Source: a virus
Taxonomy: Duplodnaviria > Caudoviricetes
Reading direction: 5' to 3' (one strand)
Virus record (IMG/VR): IMGVR_UViG_3300021400_001413
Coordinates: 1-64,000 of that record
Length of the DNA: 64,000 nucleotides
Below, piece after piece: positions 9,415-19,427 of this stretch. The notes beneath the pieces were generated by a model, which worked only from the letters and a program-made list of their open reading frames with translations, had not been told where the DNA came from and made no database searches. The first letter of the stretch is position 1. The number at the start of each line of letters is the position of its first letter. Both the position numbers and the translations under genes were made by a program.

Positions 9415-9624
9415 TTATTTTTTTGACTTTAAATATTCAATAACACGAGGATCATTAGAAGGAATACAAGCTTTGATATTTAAATACCCATAATAACTGG
9501 TTGTCACATCATGACCATCAATCATCATAGCAATGTCTTCTTCTATTCCATTAGGAGTTTCATAGTATATAGTATCTCCTTCATGAACTTTAAATTTCTT
9601 TTATTTATTCCTTTTTATAGCCAT
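9415..9624 (-). pseudogene. small gene with in-frame TAA at codon 8
   Basis: MAIKRNK*KKFKVHEGDTIYYETPNGIEEDIAMMIDGHDVTTSYYGYLNIKACIPSNDPRVIEYLKSKK*; fills the gap between polA and the next gene exactly. Confidence 0.55.
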
Positions 9625-9662
9625 AATTTAAAAAAATTGTTGTTTAATTATTGTAAATAAAC

Positions 9663-11753
9663 TTAATGTCTCCAAAAAGTCGCTACATCAGGTTTTGCAG
9701 GAATTGGTAGCTTAGTGCAAATGAGTGCTGCTGCTTCTTCCATACACTTTTGCTGCATTGGAGGTACAATATCTTTGAGTTCTTCAGGAAATATGATATT
9801 ACTTTCATCGTGTATTAAAGCGGCTAGTTCTACTATTCCAAAATAACCTTGCTCTACAATCCAATGAAAAAAGTTGGTCATACCAATCTTCAAAATCACA
9901 ATACCAGAACCTTGTGTAACAGAATTAAGTGCCATGCGATCCCATTTAGAAGCGGCTTGGAAATGTTCTCTCACCTCTTGGGCTACCCAATCTCCAGTTC
10001 CCTTATGATTATTACGATAGTCTTCCCAAAACTCCTGAGTAAAGGATTTCTGCCTTTCAAGCCACTTATCATGATCCCACCAGAACATTTTATGTCCAGA
10101 GTACTTACACATAAGAATATAACCATTCTTTCTTACAAATGCAGAACCTTTCTTTTTAAATTCTGCTATCCCTGGAAAACCAGAATCATAAGCATTCTTA
10201 AACTCCTGTGCTTCTTCAAGAGAACATCCCATAGAATTCTGAATAGCAAATTCAGAACCTCCAAATTGTTGTGAGAACTCAATGGGCTTAACAGCAGACC
10301 GGAGATGAGGGTACTTATCTTTAATATCTTTAACAGGAGTATCACGAGGAATCTCGTCTTTATAGACCATATAGGCACATAGAGAATGCATATCACCAGA
10401 GCCATGAAGGAACTCATAAAGCATAGACTGCTCATTATAAATGTCTGCCCCAAGTCTTGACTCAAGAGCCGAGAAATCACAAGAAGACCATAGATAACCT
10501 TTAGGAGCTGTAAAACAAGCTCTTGTTTCTTCATCATGGGGGAGTTGCTGGATATTGGGATAAGTACAATCCTTTGCGGAAACTTGATTCAGCTTTGCAA
10601 GAACAGTATTCTGTTGTTGGGAACCACAAGACATCCTTCCTGAAGCTGCACCAAGTTGTTTATACACAGTATGTATCCTATCAGTTTTAGGATTAATGGC
10701 GTTCAAATGCCCTTGACCAAAAGATGTACAGACTTTAAAGCTACCACTATACCCAGGATAGTAATCATCATCCCCAGGCTCTCCTTTACCAAAATAAAGA
10801 CGAATAAACTCAGGATTGATTTTCTTCTGTTTCTTGAGATGCTTCTCCATAGCAGAATCTTTATCCTCTCCAGTTTTCTTGTCCTGTACCTTAGTATCAA
10901 ATCCTAAAAACTTACAGAATTTCACGACCTGCTGAGAGCTGCTCCATTGTATAGTACATTTAGGAGTAAAGTCATAGCCTAGAAACAAGTCCCCTTGAGT
11001 ATTAACATGAGTAAATTGTTTATACTTGGGATTACTAGTCACAAAGTCATCAAGAGCTTTAATACAATCTTGTAGATTTTGTTGGTCTTTCTTCATCTTA
11101 GCTTTCCATTTATCTTGGTCAAGATGAATACCACACCATTCCAGATAAGCAATCACAGGCACAAAGTCACACTCAATCTGAGCCGCCTTCATCAGCCCTT
11201 TCTGCTTGAGGTCTTTTAGCTGTGATTGCATTATCTGTTCTAGATATGTAACATCACCAGCAGCATACATAATGACAGTTTTATCCAATCCTCTCCAATG
11301 AATCTCCCCACGTACTGTTTTATCAATATTGATTTTAAGCCTGCGCCAAGCTATTTCTTTGAGAGAATAAAGAATCTTACCTGATGGGTAGCCAAGATAT
11401 AACAATTGCTCGCAGATCATGGTATCATATATCTTCATAGGAATAATACCTTTACTGTAGAGGAACTGTAAATCAAACTTTCCATTTTGGAAAAGAAGTC
11501 TATGACTCTCAAGAAAATCTTTATAAAGACACACATTTACAGTAGTACAATCCACCACAATGCGAGTATCAGCTTTATCATTACCAAACTGAATGCACAG
11601 TAATTCACAAAGATGAGCATCACTACCTGAGGTTTCAGTATCTACTTGAATGAGATTCCAATCTTTCATTATCTCCAAAGATAGCTCTGGAGAGATACAT
11701 TCAAAATCTGCATCGGGAAACAGCTGCTTTTGGTGAGTTACAAAATATATCAT
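9663..11753 (-). CDS. polA: family A DNA polymerase with 3'-5' exonuclease, no 5'-3' exonuclease
   Basis: ExoI VDTETSG, ExoII FQNGKFDL, ExoIII YAAGD; motif A CDFSALESRL, motif B RSAVKPIEFSQQFGG, motif C IHDE. Confidence 0.93.
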   Translation of the reverse strand: MIYFVTHQKQLFPDADFECISPELSLEIMKDWNLIQVDTETSGSDAHLCELLCIQFGNDKADTRIVVDCTTVNVCLYKDFLESHRLLFQNGKFDLQFLYSKGIIPMKIYDTMICEQLLYLGYPSGKILYSLKEIAWRRLKINIDKTVRGEIHWRGLDKTVIMYAAGDVTYLEQIMQSQLKDLKQKGLMKAAQIECDFVPVIAYLEWCGIHLDQDKWKAKMKKDQQNLQDCIKALDDFVTSNPKYKQFTHVNTQGDLFLGYDFTPKCTIQWSSSQQVVKFCKFLGFDTKVQDKKTGEDKDSAMEKHLKKQKKINPEFIRLYFGKGEPGDDDYYPGYSGSFKVCTSFGQGHLNAINPKTDRIHTVYKQLGAASGRMSCGSQQQNTVLAKLNQVSAKDCTYPNIQQLPHDEETRACFTAPKGYLWSSCDFSALESRLGADIYNEQSMLYEFLHGSGDMHSLCAYMVYKDEIPRDTPVKDIKDKYPHLRSAVKPIEFSQQFGGSEFAIQNSMGCSLEEAQEFKNAYDSGFPGIAEFKKKGSAFVRKNGYILMCKYSGHKMFWWDHDKWLERQKSFTQEFWEDYRNNHKGTGDWVAQEVREHFQAASKWDRMALNSVTQGSGIVILKIGMTNFFHWIVEQGYFGIVELAALIHDESNIIFPEELKDIVPPMQQKCMEEAAALICTKLPIPAKPDVATFWRH

Positions 11754-12226
11754 GGAAATTTAACTGTTTGGTTTTGAAAATCAATCATACCTTTAGTAGC
11801 CTTGAAGAACTCAACTCCTAATAGTCCATCCATAATGATACCATGTTTCTTAAAACAGGCAATATCATCACTATCATAGACTACAAAGTCAGTCTTAATT
11901 ACCTTACCATTAATAGTGATAGGTATGGCTACAACTTCTGAATGAACACTTTCTTCTGTAAGAGCTGCCAAATTCACACTTCTACTACTTACTTCATATT
12001 GCAGATTCTTAAGTGCATCTTTTCTGATAATAGAAACAGCAGCAGCAGAATCAGTAATCATATTCAGAAAGTGCCCCTGAACATCAATGGTAATAAAAGG
12101 TAAATCAGACTTCTCCCAACTCTGAAAAGAATACATGGCAGTTTTATACATACATCTCTTTGCAAACAAAGCTAAGGAAATGATAATAAATACAATGCCA
12201 AAGAAAATCAAAATATCACAATTCAT
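11750..12226 (-). CDS. retropepsin-like aspartyl protease with N-terminal transmembrane helix
   Basis: LNMITDSAAAVSII (variant of D[TS]G) and C-terminal DGLLGVEFF; hydrophobic residues 4-21. Confidence 0.7.
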   Translation of the reverse strand: MNCDILIFFGIVFIIISLALFAKRCMYKTAMYSFQSWEKSDLPFITIDVQGHFLNMITDSAAAVSIIRKDALKNLQYEVSSRSVNLAALTEESVHSEVVAIPITINGKVIKTDFVVYDSDDIACFKKHGIIMDGLLGVEFFKATKGMIDFQNQTVKFP

Positions 12227-12232
12227 ATCTTA

Positions 12233-12781
12233 TCATTTAAATGTTATAGTACCCGTACTTCCAAGTCCCTTTCTATCATCATTTCCAAGGGAATCAACTT
12301 CTACTAATTCAATACCAGATGTGAATAACCACTTTATCTTCTGCCATACAGTAGCTTTCTGAGAAAGCTGGATTCTGAATTGACAAAGACGAGTATTCTG
12401 AGCAATAGAAGTCTTACGAAGAGTTACTGCTGGGTACATCCACTGGTCACCATCTCCGCAATAACTGTTATCAATGATACCAATACCATTTGCAAGCATT
12501 ACACCCATCTTCTTTGCAGCTGAAGAGCGAGATGCCATAATAGCCTCAAATCCATCAGGTAGCTTCATAGCTACTCCAAGAGGAATATAGGTAACATCAG
12601 ATACAACATCACGATGCTTGACATCATGGCCTTTAAGTGTACCGGCTTGAGGAGCATTAAGTACAACCTCCTGGGATGCCATGAGATCAACCCACTCACC
12701 CTTCTTAATTATCTTAGGAAGACTGACTAAAGGTTCCCCTTTCTCATTCTTAAATCTTTTTACTAAAATCTTCAATTTCAT
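12233..12781 (-). CDS. dut: trimeric dUTPase
   Basis: WVDL, SRSS, GIIDNSYCG, RLCQF and RKGLGSTG motifs 1-5. Confidence 0.93.
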   Translation of the reverse strand: MKLKILVKRFKNEKGEPLVSLPKIIKKGEWVDLMASQEVVLNAPQAGTLKGHDVKHRDVVSDVTYIPLGVAMKLPDGFEAIMASRSSAAKKMGVMLANGIGIIDNSYCGDGDQWMYPAVTLRKTSIAQNTRLCQFRIQLSQKATVWQKIKWLFTSGIELVEVDSLGNDDRKGLGSTGTITFK

Positions 12782-12786
12782 AATTC

Positions 12787-13239
12787 TTAATTACCAGTTT
12801 TTCTTATGATTAACTTTCCATTCTTTCCATATTTCCTATTTACAGGCTTCCTGATAGACAAATTCTGTGCATACTCATGCAAATCTACCTGACTGAATCT
12901 TGCAACCAGCCCTACATTGATTCTGATATCTTCCAGTACAGGAACTAAAGTGAATTTGCTATACCCGACATACTTCAAGAATGAAATGTGCGCTCTCAAG
13001 TCAGGAGTAAGAGAAACCATAAAATCCCTTGGAATGTATTTACCTTCTTCTTTCTTAATACCCAATAGCAATACTGTATAAGTAGTGAGATTATTGCATT
13101 GAATACGGTCTACATTTACTACAAGCAGATATTCCCCCCAGTTATTAGAGGTATTTATATTATACAGAATACTGCCCGCATTCAGGTTCTTACAGAACTC
13201 ATTATACTCCTTTAATCCAACTTTACTGCCAGCTATCAT
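12787..13239 (-). CDS. hypothetical protein
   Basis: 150-aa ORF in replication operon. Confidence 0.6.
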   Translation of the reverse strand: MIAGSKVGLKEYNEFCKNLNAGSILYNINTSNNWGEYLLVVNVDRIQCNNLTTYTVLLLGIKKEEGKYIPRDFMVSLTPDLRAHISFLKYVGYSKFTLVPVLEDIRINVGLVARFSQVDLHEYAQNLSIRKPVNRKYGKNGKLIIRKTGN

Positions 13240-14282
13240 CTTTTATCATCAAACCATCTTTCAATATTATTAGGTTTATCCAAATTAATACCAAGAGGAA
13301 CACTAGGACGACTATCCAGATAATAATGCAATTCCTTACCAATAACTTCAGGGTCTCTGAATTTAGTACCTCCAATCTCAATCTCACCTACACTCGCAGT
13401 CTTTGTGAATTCCCATACCAGGGGTATAGGATTATCAATATTGTTAACTACAATAAAGCGATAATTAAGGAGTTTGAAGTCTTTAAAGTACTCATCTTTG
13501 TCCATAGCCTGTCTGAGTAATCTGCTATAAAGCCTTGCCTGACATTGATAGTGCCATTGTACAAATGATTTAGGGAAATCATACTCCCTATGAGAACTTG
13601 TCTTCAAGTCACAAGGAATAATATACTTCTCCTTATGATTCAAAACTGCTAAGTCCATCATACATCTGTAATCTATCCCTCCTAAGCTGCCCTTAAACTT
13701 CAATTGGTAGAATCTCTCTATATCACTGAATGGGTCATTAGCTGCAAAGTACATCCTGGTAGATGGAGAATCCTTCAAGGCTCTTACACAGGCAAATACC
13801 TTATTATACATATCCTGAGAGACAATAGTCTTATCGCCAGCCATGAACATAGTCTGATAATACTGAGCACCATCTTTCCTGATAGCATCACACTTAGCCT
13901 TTGTACCCCAGTTAGTATTACCCTTATATCCAGCTCGAGAGAGGATAGGCATCAATGCATCGTCTGGAATATCATTGATGTTGGTATAAGCGTTGTGGAA
14001 AGAAGCATATATCTCCTTTACTATAGGCTCTGCTGATGGAGATACTTTAGGAATATCACTAATGAAATAATTATCAGCGAATGCCCCTTCTCCATCTGTA
14101 ATCAATGTATCTACGCAGCTTCCAAATAAGAGTGATGGGCTCTCAATCCTATCAAACAGGGTATCCAAATGCTCAAATCCTTCTCTTTCGTATCTGGATA
14201 AAGTACTATAAGATAATGCAGGGTCTTCTCTGTACTGGCTTTCTGGAACCCTCCAGCTGATATCTGCTAAACTTTTTCTCAT
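13236..14282 (-). CDS. PD-(D/E)XK exonuclease (RecE/DUF3799-like)
   Basis: LSYSTLS...GSCVD...RCMMDL...IPCDLKTSS...YQCQARLY. Confidence 0.8.
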   Translation of the reverse strand: MRKSLADISWRVPESQYREDPALSYSTLSRYEREGFEHLDTLFDRIESPSLLFGSCVDTLITDGEGAFADNYFISDIPKVSPSAEPIVKEIYASFHNAYTNINDIPDDALMPILSRAGYKGNTNWGTKAKCDAIRKDGAQYYQTMFMAGDKTIVSQDMYNKVFACVRALKDSPSTRMYFAANDPFSDIERFYQLKFKGSLGGIDYRCMMDLAVLNHKEKYIIPCDLKTSSHREYDFPKSFVQWHYQCQARLYSRLLRQAMDKDEYFKDFKLLNYRFIVVNNIDNPIPLVWEFTKTASVGEIEIGGTKFRDPEVIGKELHYYLDSRPSVPLGINLDKPNNIERWFDDKR

Positions 14283-14743
14283 TATTCTGTAAATTTTTTA
14301 ATTATGTCGATAGCAGCTTTTAACTGCTTTTGATTGTGGATCTCAAAGAAAGCACTATTAGGATAGTGGTCTTCTAAATACTTGAAGAATAGTTTCTTCT
14401 GATAGGGATATTTTTCCGCAGCATATCCTTTCACTTCTACTATAATAAGTTTGTCACCTATAGTGAAAACAAAGTCTGGAGTATATTTTATGCTGATAGT
14501 TTTATACTTATTTAGTCCCCACACCATTTTATGAATCTTCCTATCTGTAAAGGGAGCATAATGCTGAGTAGGAAAGAGCTTTGATTTCTGAAGCACATAG
14601 GTATGCTTCTCATACTCTGGATTAAATCCCTCTTGCATAAGCTCCTTATAGGCAGTAACCTCTAAGCCGCTCTTAAAATCTATACCATTATAGGTATGTC
14701 CTTTTGCGTTCCTTACTTTTTTATTTTCCACAATCAATATCAA
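14282..14743 (-). CDS. PD-(D/E)XK endonuclease (DUF1064/T7 endonuclease I-like)
   Basis: FKSGLE...KYTPDFVF...IIVEVKG. Confidence 0.8.
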   Translation of the reverse strand: MILIVENKKVRNAKGHTYNGIDFKSGLEVTAYKELMQEGFNPEYEKHTYVLQKSKLFPTQHYAPFTDRKIHKMVWGLNKYKTISIKYTPDFVFTIGDKLIIVEVKGYAAEKYPYQKKLFFKYLEDHYPNSAFFEIHNQKQLKAAIDIIKKFTE

Positions 14744-15716
14744 ATAAAGGTTTTACAATCTTAATGAATTCTTCCTTACCCTTTGCTTTAAACATATCTG
14801 ATAAATCCTTTCCTTCTGAGAAATGAGGCAGTACTACATTCTTAAATCCTGTTTTTAGAGATAACTCCTCACCATCTATTAACCCAGGAGCATCATTATC
14901 AAAACAGATAAAGATATACTTAAATCTATTTCTTAATACCTCTTGAGCTGTATTAGACAATCCTGTAGTCTCAGACTGCACATAAATAGCTGGTATTCCT
15001 GTATTTGCCCACAAACAAAGGCTATCTTTGAGTGAAGAACATATAACCAACTTTTCCCCAGTCTGAGGAACCTTAGTCCACAAACCAACTACAGAACCAT
15101 CATTGCTATTATCCCACTTGCGTCTTTTGTCATCAACTTCAGGCTGATAAACCTTTAGTGATACTAAGTTTTCTTTTCTCTCCACAAAGACATAAGCATA
15201 CTTAGCAGCATGGAATACAAACCTTTGTCCTCCTTTATATATAATCTTGTGGGAGATGGGATAAACTTCAGCATACTTAAGCCATTTGAGAGATATGCCA
15301 TATTGTTCCCAATAGGCTATATCATGCTGTTGCCAATCTCTGATTCTAACTCTCAGTTCTCTTGTAGTTTTGGTAAACTTCTTACCTTGAGATGAGGTAT
15401 TGGTGAAGGTTGCCTCTTTTTTCTGGAATACTTTCTCTGATGCAATCTTACGCAGTAATTGTGAGAATGTAATACTGTCCTTTTTCTCAAGCAAGGAATA
15501 AATATCCCCCTTATCACCAGTGGCGTAGTCCTTATAGAGGACTTTCTCGCCATCTGGTGAATAGATGAAAAATGAAGGATGGACATCATCTCTTAAAGGA
15601 GAGTTGATGAGCACAGGAAGGGAATTAATACCAAGATAATGTGAAAGCAAGTCAGCATGGCTTACTCTTTCCATAATCTCAGCAACAGATTCGCATTCAC
15701 TCTTATTTGCCTTCAT
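14721..15716 (-). CDS. dnaG: DnaG-type (TOPRIM) primase
   Basis: N-terminal SPLRDDVHPSF (degenerate CHC2 region), YKDYATG, TOPRIM ICSSLKD and ICFDNDAPG, KDLSD. Confidence 0.8.
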   Translation of the reverse strand: MKANKSECESVAEIMERVSHADLLSHYLGINSLPVLINSPLRDDVHPSFFIYSPDGEKVLYKDYATGDKGDIYSLLEKKDSITFSQLLRKIASEKVFQKKEATFTNTSSQGKKFTKTTRELRVRIRDWQQHDIAYWEQYGISLKWLKYAEVYPISHKIIYKGGQRFVFHAAKYAYVFVERKENLVSLKVYQPEVDDKRRKWDNSNDGSVVGLWTKVPQTGEKLVICSSLKDSLCLWANTGIPAIYVQSETTGLSNTAQEVLRNRFKYIFICFDNDAPGLIDGEELSLKTGFKNVVLPHFSEGKDLSDMFKAKGKEEFIKIVKPLFDIDCGK

Positions 15717-15737
15717 AACATCAGGGACATTTAATAG

Positions 15738-16742
15738 TTAGTTATTGTTAGCGAAAGGGTCTTCATCAGTAGAATTACCAAATGGCAGATCATCCTCAGG
15801 TAAAGCTGCTGCCTTGGCAAAGGGGTCATCAGAAGCTACTGGAGCCGAATTCAGATTAGTCTCCTTGACATTCTCCTTATACTCCTCAATCTCCTTGATA
15901 ATACCAATGGGGTCATTTGAGAATACAGTGTTCTTTACATTAGAAGACTGATTGCCATCAATATCATCCTTGATTCTAGTATAACTTCTTGCACCATTTC
16001 TCAAAGAGGTACGGGTGTAGACAGTCATAAACTGTTTTCCCTGGTCATCAGTCTGTACACCTACAGCAAGCTTCACATGGTTACTTGGCATATAGGTACA
16101 GAACTCCTTCAGCTCAGATACATTACCAGTGAAATAGTCCTTAATCTTATCCAGCCTTCCCTCACAATCCTCAGGATGTGCATTGGTTATCCAAGTATTT
16201 GTATTGCTGTTATAAGTGTCAATAGGAGTGACATTAAGATAATTGAGAATGAACTGAGTCAAATCATCCTCACCTCTGAATGCAGGACGATAATCAGCAT
16301 CAATTCTTGCTGGGCCATTGCTATATACAGGAATCTGATGATTCTTACACTGGTCAATAGTAACCCATGCAGTTCTGCCATACTTATCAATCACCTGTAC
16401 CTTGGTCTTATCCTTGTTATAGTTATAACGAGAATCAATGAAGAAGTTAGCCGTAAGCTTCAGATCCTCAGGAAGAGCAGCATTCTCCTTGATAGGCTTG
16501 CCATCCTCATACTCCTTATCTGCAAGTACCATAAAAGATACACGAAGCTGCTTATAAGCCTTATTGTTATCATTCTCATCTACCTTATCCTTAAGATACT
16601 CAGGCTCCTTCTGCATCTCCCTGCCAAAGAACTTCTCAAGTTCTGCCTTTGTAGGATTAACACCGATTACACGGAAAGAAGCAACACCAACATACTTTTT
16701 AAACTCACCTCCCTGTGAAGAGGCATTTGCTTTAATTGCCAT
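15738..16742 (-). CDS. putative single-stranded DNA-binding/replication protein
   Basis: 334 aa between primase and helicase; acidic tail with DDPF/DDLPF/EDPF motifs typical of SSBs. Confidence 0.5.
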   Translation of the reverse strand: MAIKANASSQGGEFKKYVGVASFRVIGVNPTKAELEKFFGREMQKEPEYLKDKVDENDNNKAYKQLRVSFMVLADKEYEDGKPIKENAALPEDLKLTANFFIDSRYNYNKDKTKVQVIDKYGRTAWVTIDQCKNHQIPVYSNGPARIDADYRPAFRGEDDLTQFILNYLNVTPIDTYNSNTNTWITNAHPEDCEGRLDKIKDYFTGNVSELKEFCTYMPSNHVKLAVGVQTDDQGKQFMTVYTRTSLRNGARSYTRIKDDIDGNQSSNVKNTVFSNDPIGIIKEIEEYKENVKETNLNSAPVASDDPFAKAAALPEDDLPFGNSTDEDPFANNN

Positions 16743-16869
16743 ATTAAATAACTTTTAATTGTTTATATTATCTAAAAATGAGGAAACTCTAATGACTGCA
16801 AGAAATAATATTAGGCAGTAACAGCAGGGAACTTGTCTCCTCAGAATCAGTTACCTTTAAGAGATTTCC

Positions 16870-17400
16870 TTACTGATTGAATGGGTCTCCCTCAACAGCA
16901 TTCTCAAATGGGTCTGCATTAGCAGCCTCCTCAGCTACCTTATCCTGCTCCTTTATAATCTCCTCAGGCATCTCTTCGGAAGCTACCTCTGCATTCTCCT
17001 TGTCAATGTCAAAGTCAGAGCCAGGATTATCCTCAGTGGTAGGAGGAACAATAGTCTCAGGAATGACAGTCTCAGGATACTTGAGATTATAGACAGTCTT
17101 CATAATCTCCTTGCCATTGTCACCAATCTGACCAGTGCCTTCCTTGGTAACAACAACCAAATCCTCAGTTGTGTAGCCACCAGTAATCTGCTTTACAGCC
17201 TGATTCATAGAATCAATGATAGACTGATACCCTGCCTTCTCTGCCTCAAGCTTCTGAAGCTTCTCTTCCAGCATCTTCTGGATTTTCTCCTTGGTTGCAG
17301 CAATCTGCTCATCTACCTTAGCCTTCTTAGTAATGAAGGGTGCTACATTCTTGGCTGTTGACTTAATCACGCTAATTTCAATCTTTGAAAATGTTTTCAT
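16870..17400 (-). CDS. coiled-coil hypothetical protein with acidic DPF tail
   Basis: 176 aa; heptad-like segment; ends ADPFENAVEGDPFNQ. Confidence 0.7.
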   Translation of the reverse strand: MKTFSKIEISVIKSTAKNVAPFITKKAKVDEQIAATKEKIQKMLEEKLQKLEAEKAGYQSIIDSMNQAVKQITGGYTTEDLVVVTKEGTGQIGDNGKEIMKTVYNLKYPETVIPETIVPPTTEDNPGSDFDIDKENAEVASEEMPEEIIKEQDKVAEEAANADPFENAVEGDPFNQ

Positions 17401-17441
17401 TGTTTAACTTGTTTAAATTGTTAAAAGATAATATTATTTGT

Positions 17442-18176
17442 TTATTGATAACGCTTGGCAATTTCTGCTACTACTAATCCAAGATCATTAGGAAACTCAT
17501 CAGGCAACGCATCAAGATATCCTAAAGAATCCTTTGCAGGAAACTCTCCATCAAACTCCTTAAGGAAAGTCTTACTGGCTTTTTTAGACTGCATATCAAA
17601 ACTCTGTTTACCAAAGAGAATAATGTCAAAATTTCCTTCGGGTGTTATGTAGTCATCAACCATCTTACCAGTAGTCTTGAACTTATAAGAGATAGAATCA
17701 CCGTTTTTATCCTTATACTCTTCATAATGAGCACAGCAGATGATATTCTTATTCTCTGGACATCCCTTCATTGCATTGAAGATAAGTCCCATACCATAGC
17801 CAATTTGCTTAGGAGTATCCCAGCCGCCCTTCATAGCATTTGCCATATAGAAATCCTGAGAAAGATAATTGAAATCATCTACAATCAGATTCTTATAAGG
17901 ATTATTAGGATTCTTAAAAGACTCAATGAATTCTGCTACCTTCTTGAATCTATCCAAGCCAGTAATAGTATCTACCTGTACTCTGTTGTACTGGGCAATA
18001 TACTTAATCTCTGGCTCTGGAGCCAATTTAAATTCAGGATTAGGTACTCCTCTTCCAATACACTGAATGACAAAAGTGGTTTTTGGGTCTAACCCTTTAA
18101 TACCATACTTTTCTCTTCCAGCATAAGAAGTGGTTTTACCAAAACCTGACTTTGCTAAAACTAAAATCTTTGCCAT
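17442..18176 (-). CDS. AAA ATPase (AAA_24/Sak4-like recombination protein)
   Basis: Walker A LAKSGFGKT, Walker B LIVDDFNY. Confidence 0.8.
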   Translation of the reverse strand: MAKILVLAKSGFGKTTSYAGREKYGIKGLDPKTTFVIQCIGRGVPNPEFKLAPEPEIKYIAQYNRVQVDTITGLDRFKKVAEFIESFKNPNNPYKNLIVDDFNYLSQDFYMANAMKGGWDTPKQIGYGMGLIFNAMKGCPENKNIICCAHYEEYKDKNGDSISYKFKTTGKMVDDYITPEGNFDIILFGKQSFDMQSKKASKTFLKEFDGEFPAKDSLGYLDALPDEFPNDLGLVVAEIAKRYQ

Positions 18177-18185
18177 TTGTTTAAC

Positions 18186-19427
18186 TTAATGTTTAAAATT
18201 GATGTTTATAAAGTGTTTAATACTATTTGCCATAGAGAGAAGTAATACAGGCTTTGTTGTAGTAGAAGGGATCTTAGATGCTGACTTGGCTACCTCCATC
18301 TGTTTACAGTTGTCATAGATAACTTTCATACTAGGTTTGTCATCAGGTTTAGGCAACTCCTTAAAGTCACACACTGCACCATCAAACCAAAGAGGAAGAA
18401 TACCACCCATCTCACCATTTCTGTGGACTATCACCTCTAAGAACCTGATGTGATCCTTTAGAATAGTAATATCATAACCGAGATATTCTGTAATACCAAA
18501 TCTGAATGGAGAAAACAAACCTAAGACTATATCTCCATCGCGGGCTGTGTATTTTGAGTCCCCAAGGCCAACAGCTGAAGGTCTTACTCTTCCAAGTTTA
18601 AATGCGTCATTACCCTCAGACTCAAATGCCTGCTGCTGAATAACAATAGGAGAGTAGTGATATCTATTTCTAAGATACTTAGCCAAGTACTCTGAGAGTT
18701 TATCCATAGACTGCTTAAGAGTCATCCCTCTTTCAGTATCTATCAGATTAATAGTATCAATAATAATCATACGATACTCATTGGGATTATCCTGTTCATA
18801 AGAATCAAATACTTCTATCTCTTGAGGTTGCCCAAGTTCATCTTTGATAGTTACTTTCTTCTTATTTACAGTGCCATGTTCTTCAGCATATTGCTTACAA
18901 TACTTATAGATACCAGTTGGATTAGGGGCTTCATTTGGAAATATGACATGTTCCTCAAAATACTCAAGTATATTCTGAATATCAGTCTGCTTAAGCCTGT
19001 CAATAATGCTTTCATCAAGAGCGTCTGTAGTAGAACGCAATTGTCTGGGACTTATTCTCACAGCCCCCTTTGACATCTTATACAAAAGCCAAGACATAAA
19101 TCTCTGCATGATTCTCTCCTTAGTCTCCTCAAGAGGAAAATATATAATCTTAAAATCTACTTGCTCTTTAGCAAACATAGAAAAAATGACTGCCTGGAAG
19201 ATAAAAGTATAGGATGTAAATTGCGATTTTCCTCCTTTACTAAAGCTAGTAATTATATAATAAGTATCTTGTTCAATACCACAGAAATCCTCGGCAAACC
19301 TCCTAAACGGTGATGGTATACAGTTTACACCACCATCAATGATCCGTTGTCTTTTACCCTCAATTTCTTGCAGAGTCTTTTCTACAAGACTTAAGTTTTG
19401 ACTCGGAGACTGAAATACTTCATCCAT
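18186..19427 (-). CDS. dnaB: DnaB-like replicative helicase
   Basis: Walker A SFSKGGKS, FPLEE, Walker B IIIDTIN, VIQQQ, DGDIVLGLFSP, HRNG arginine finger. Confidence 0.8.
   Translation of the reverse strand: MDEVFQSPSQNLSLVEKTLQEIEGKRQRIIDGGVNCIPSPFRRFAEDFCGIEQDTYYIITSFSKGGKSQFTSYTFIFQAVIFSMFAKEQVDFKIIYFPLEETKERIMQRFMSWLLYKMSKGAVRISPRQLRSTTDALDESIIDRLKQTDIQNILEYFEEHVIFPNEAPNPTGIYKYCKQYAEEHGTVNKKKVTIKDELGQPQEIEVFDSYEQDNPNEYRMIIIDTINLIDTERGMTLKQSMDKLSEYLAKYLRNRYHYSPIVIQQQAFESEGNDAFKLGRVRPSAVGLGDSKYTARDGDIVLGLFSPFRFGITEYLGYDITILKDHIRFLEVIVHRNGEMGGILPLWFDGAVCDFKELPKPDDKPSMKVIYDNCKQMEVAKSASKIPSTTTKPVLLLSMANSIKHFININFKH

Noticed and set aside
9663-11753. Intein or intron in polA (also considered for terL and the helicases)
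   Set aside because: Lengths are as expected and motifs are contiguous; no C...HN intein ends or frame breaks
11750-12781. Retroviral origin suggested by dUTPase-protease-polymerase gene order
   Set aside because: The polymerase is family A, not an RT, and the dUTPase is bacterial/phage type; the order is considered coincidental
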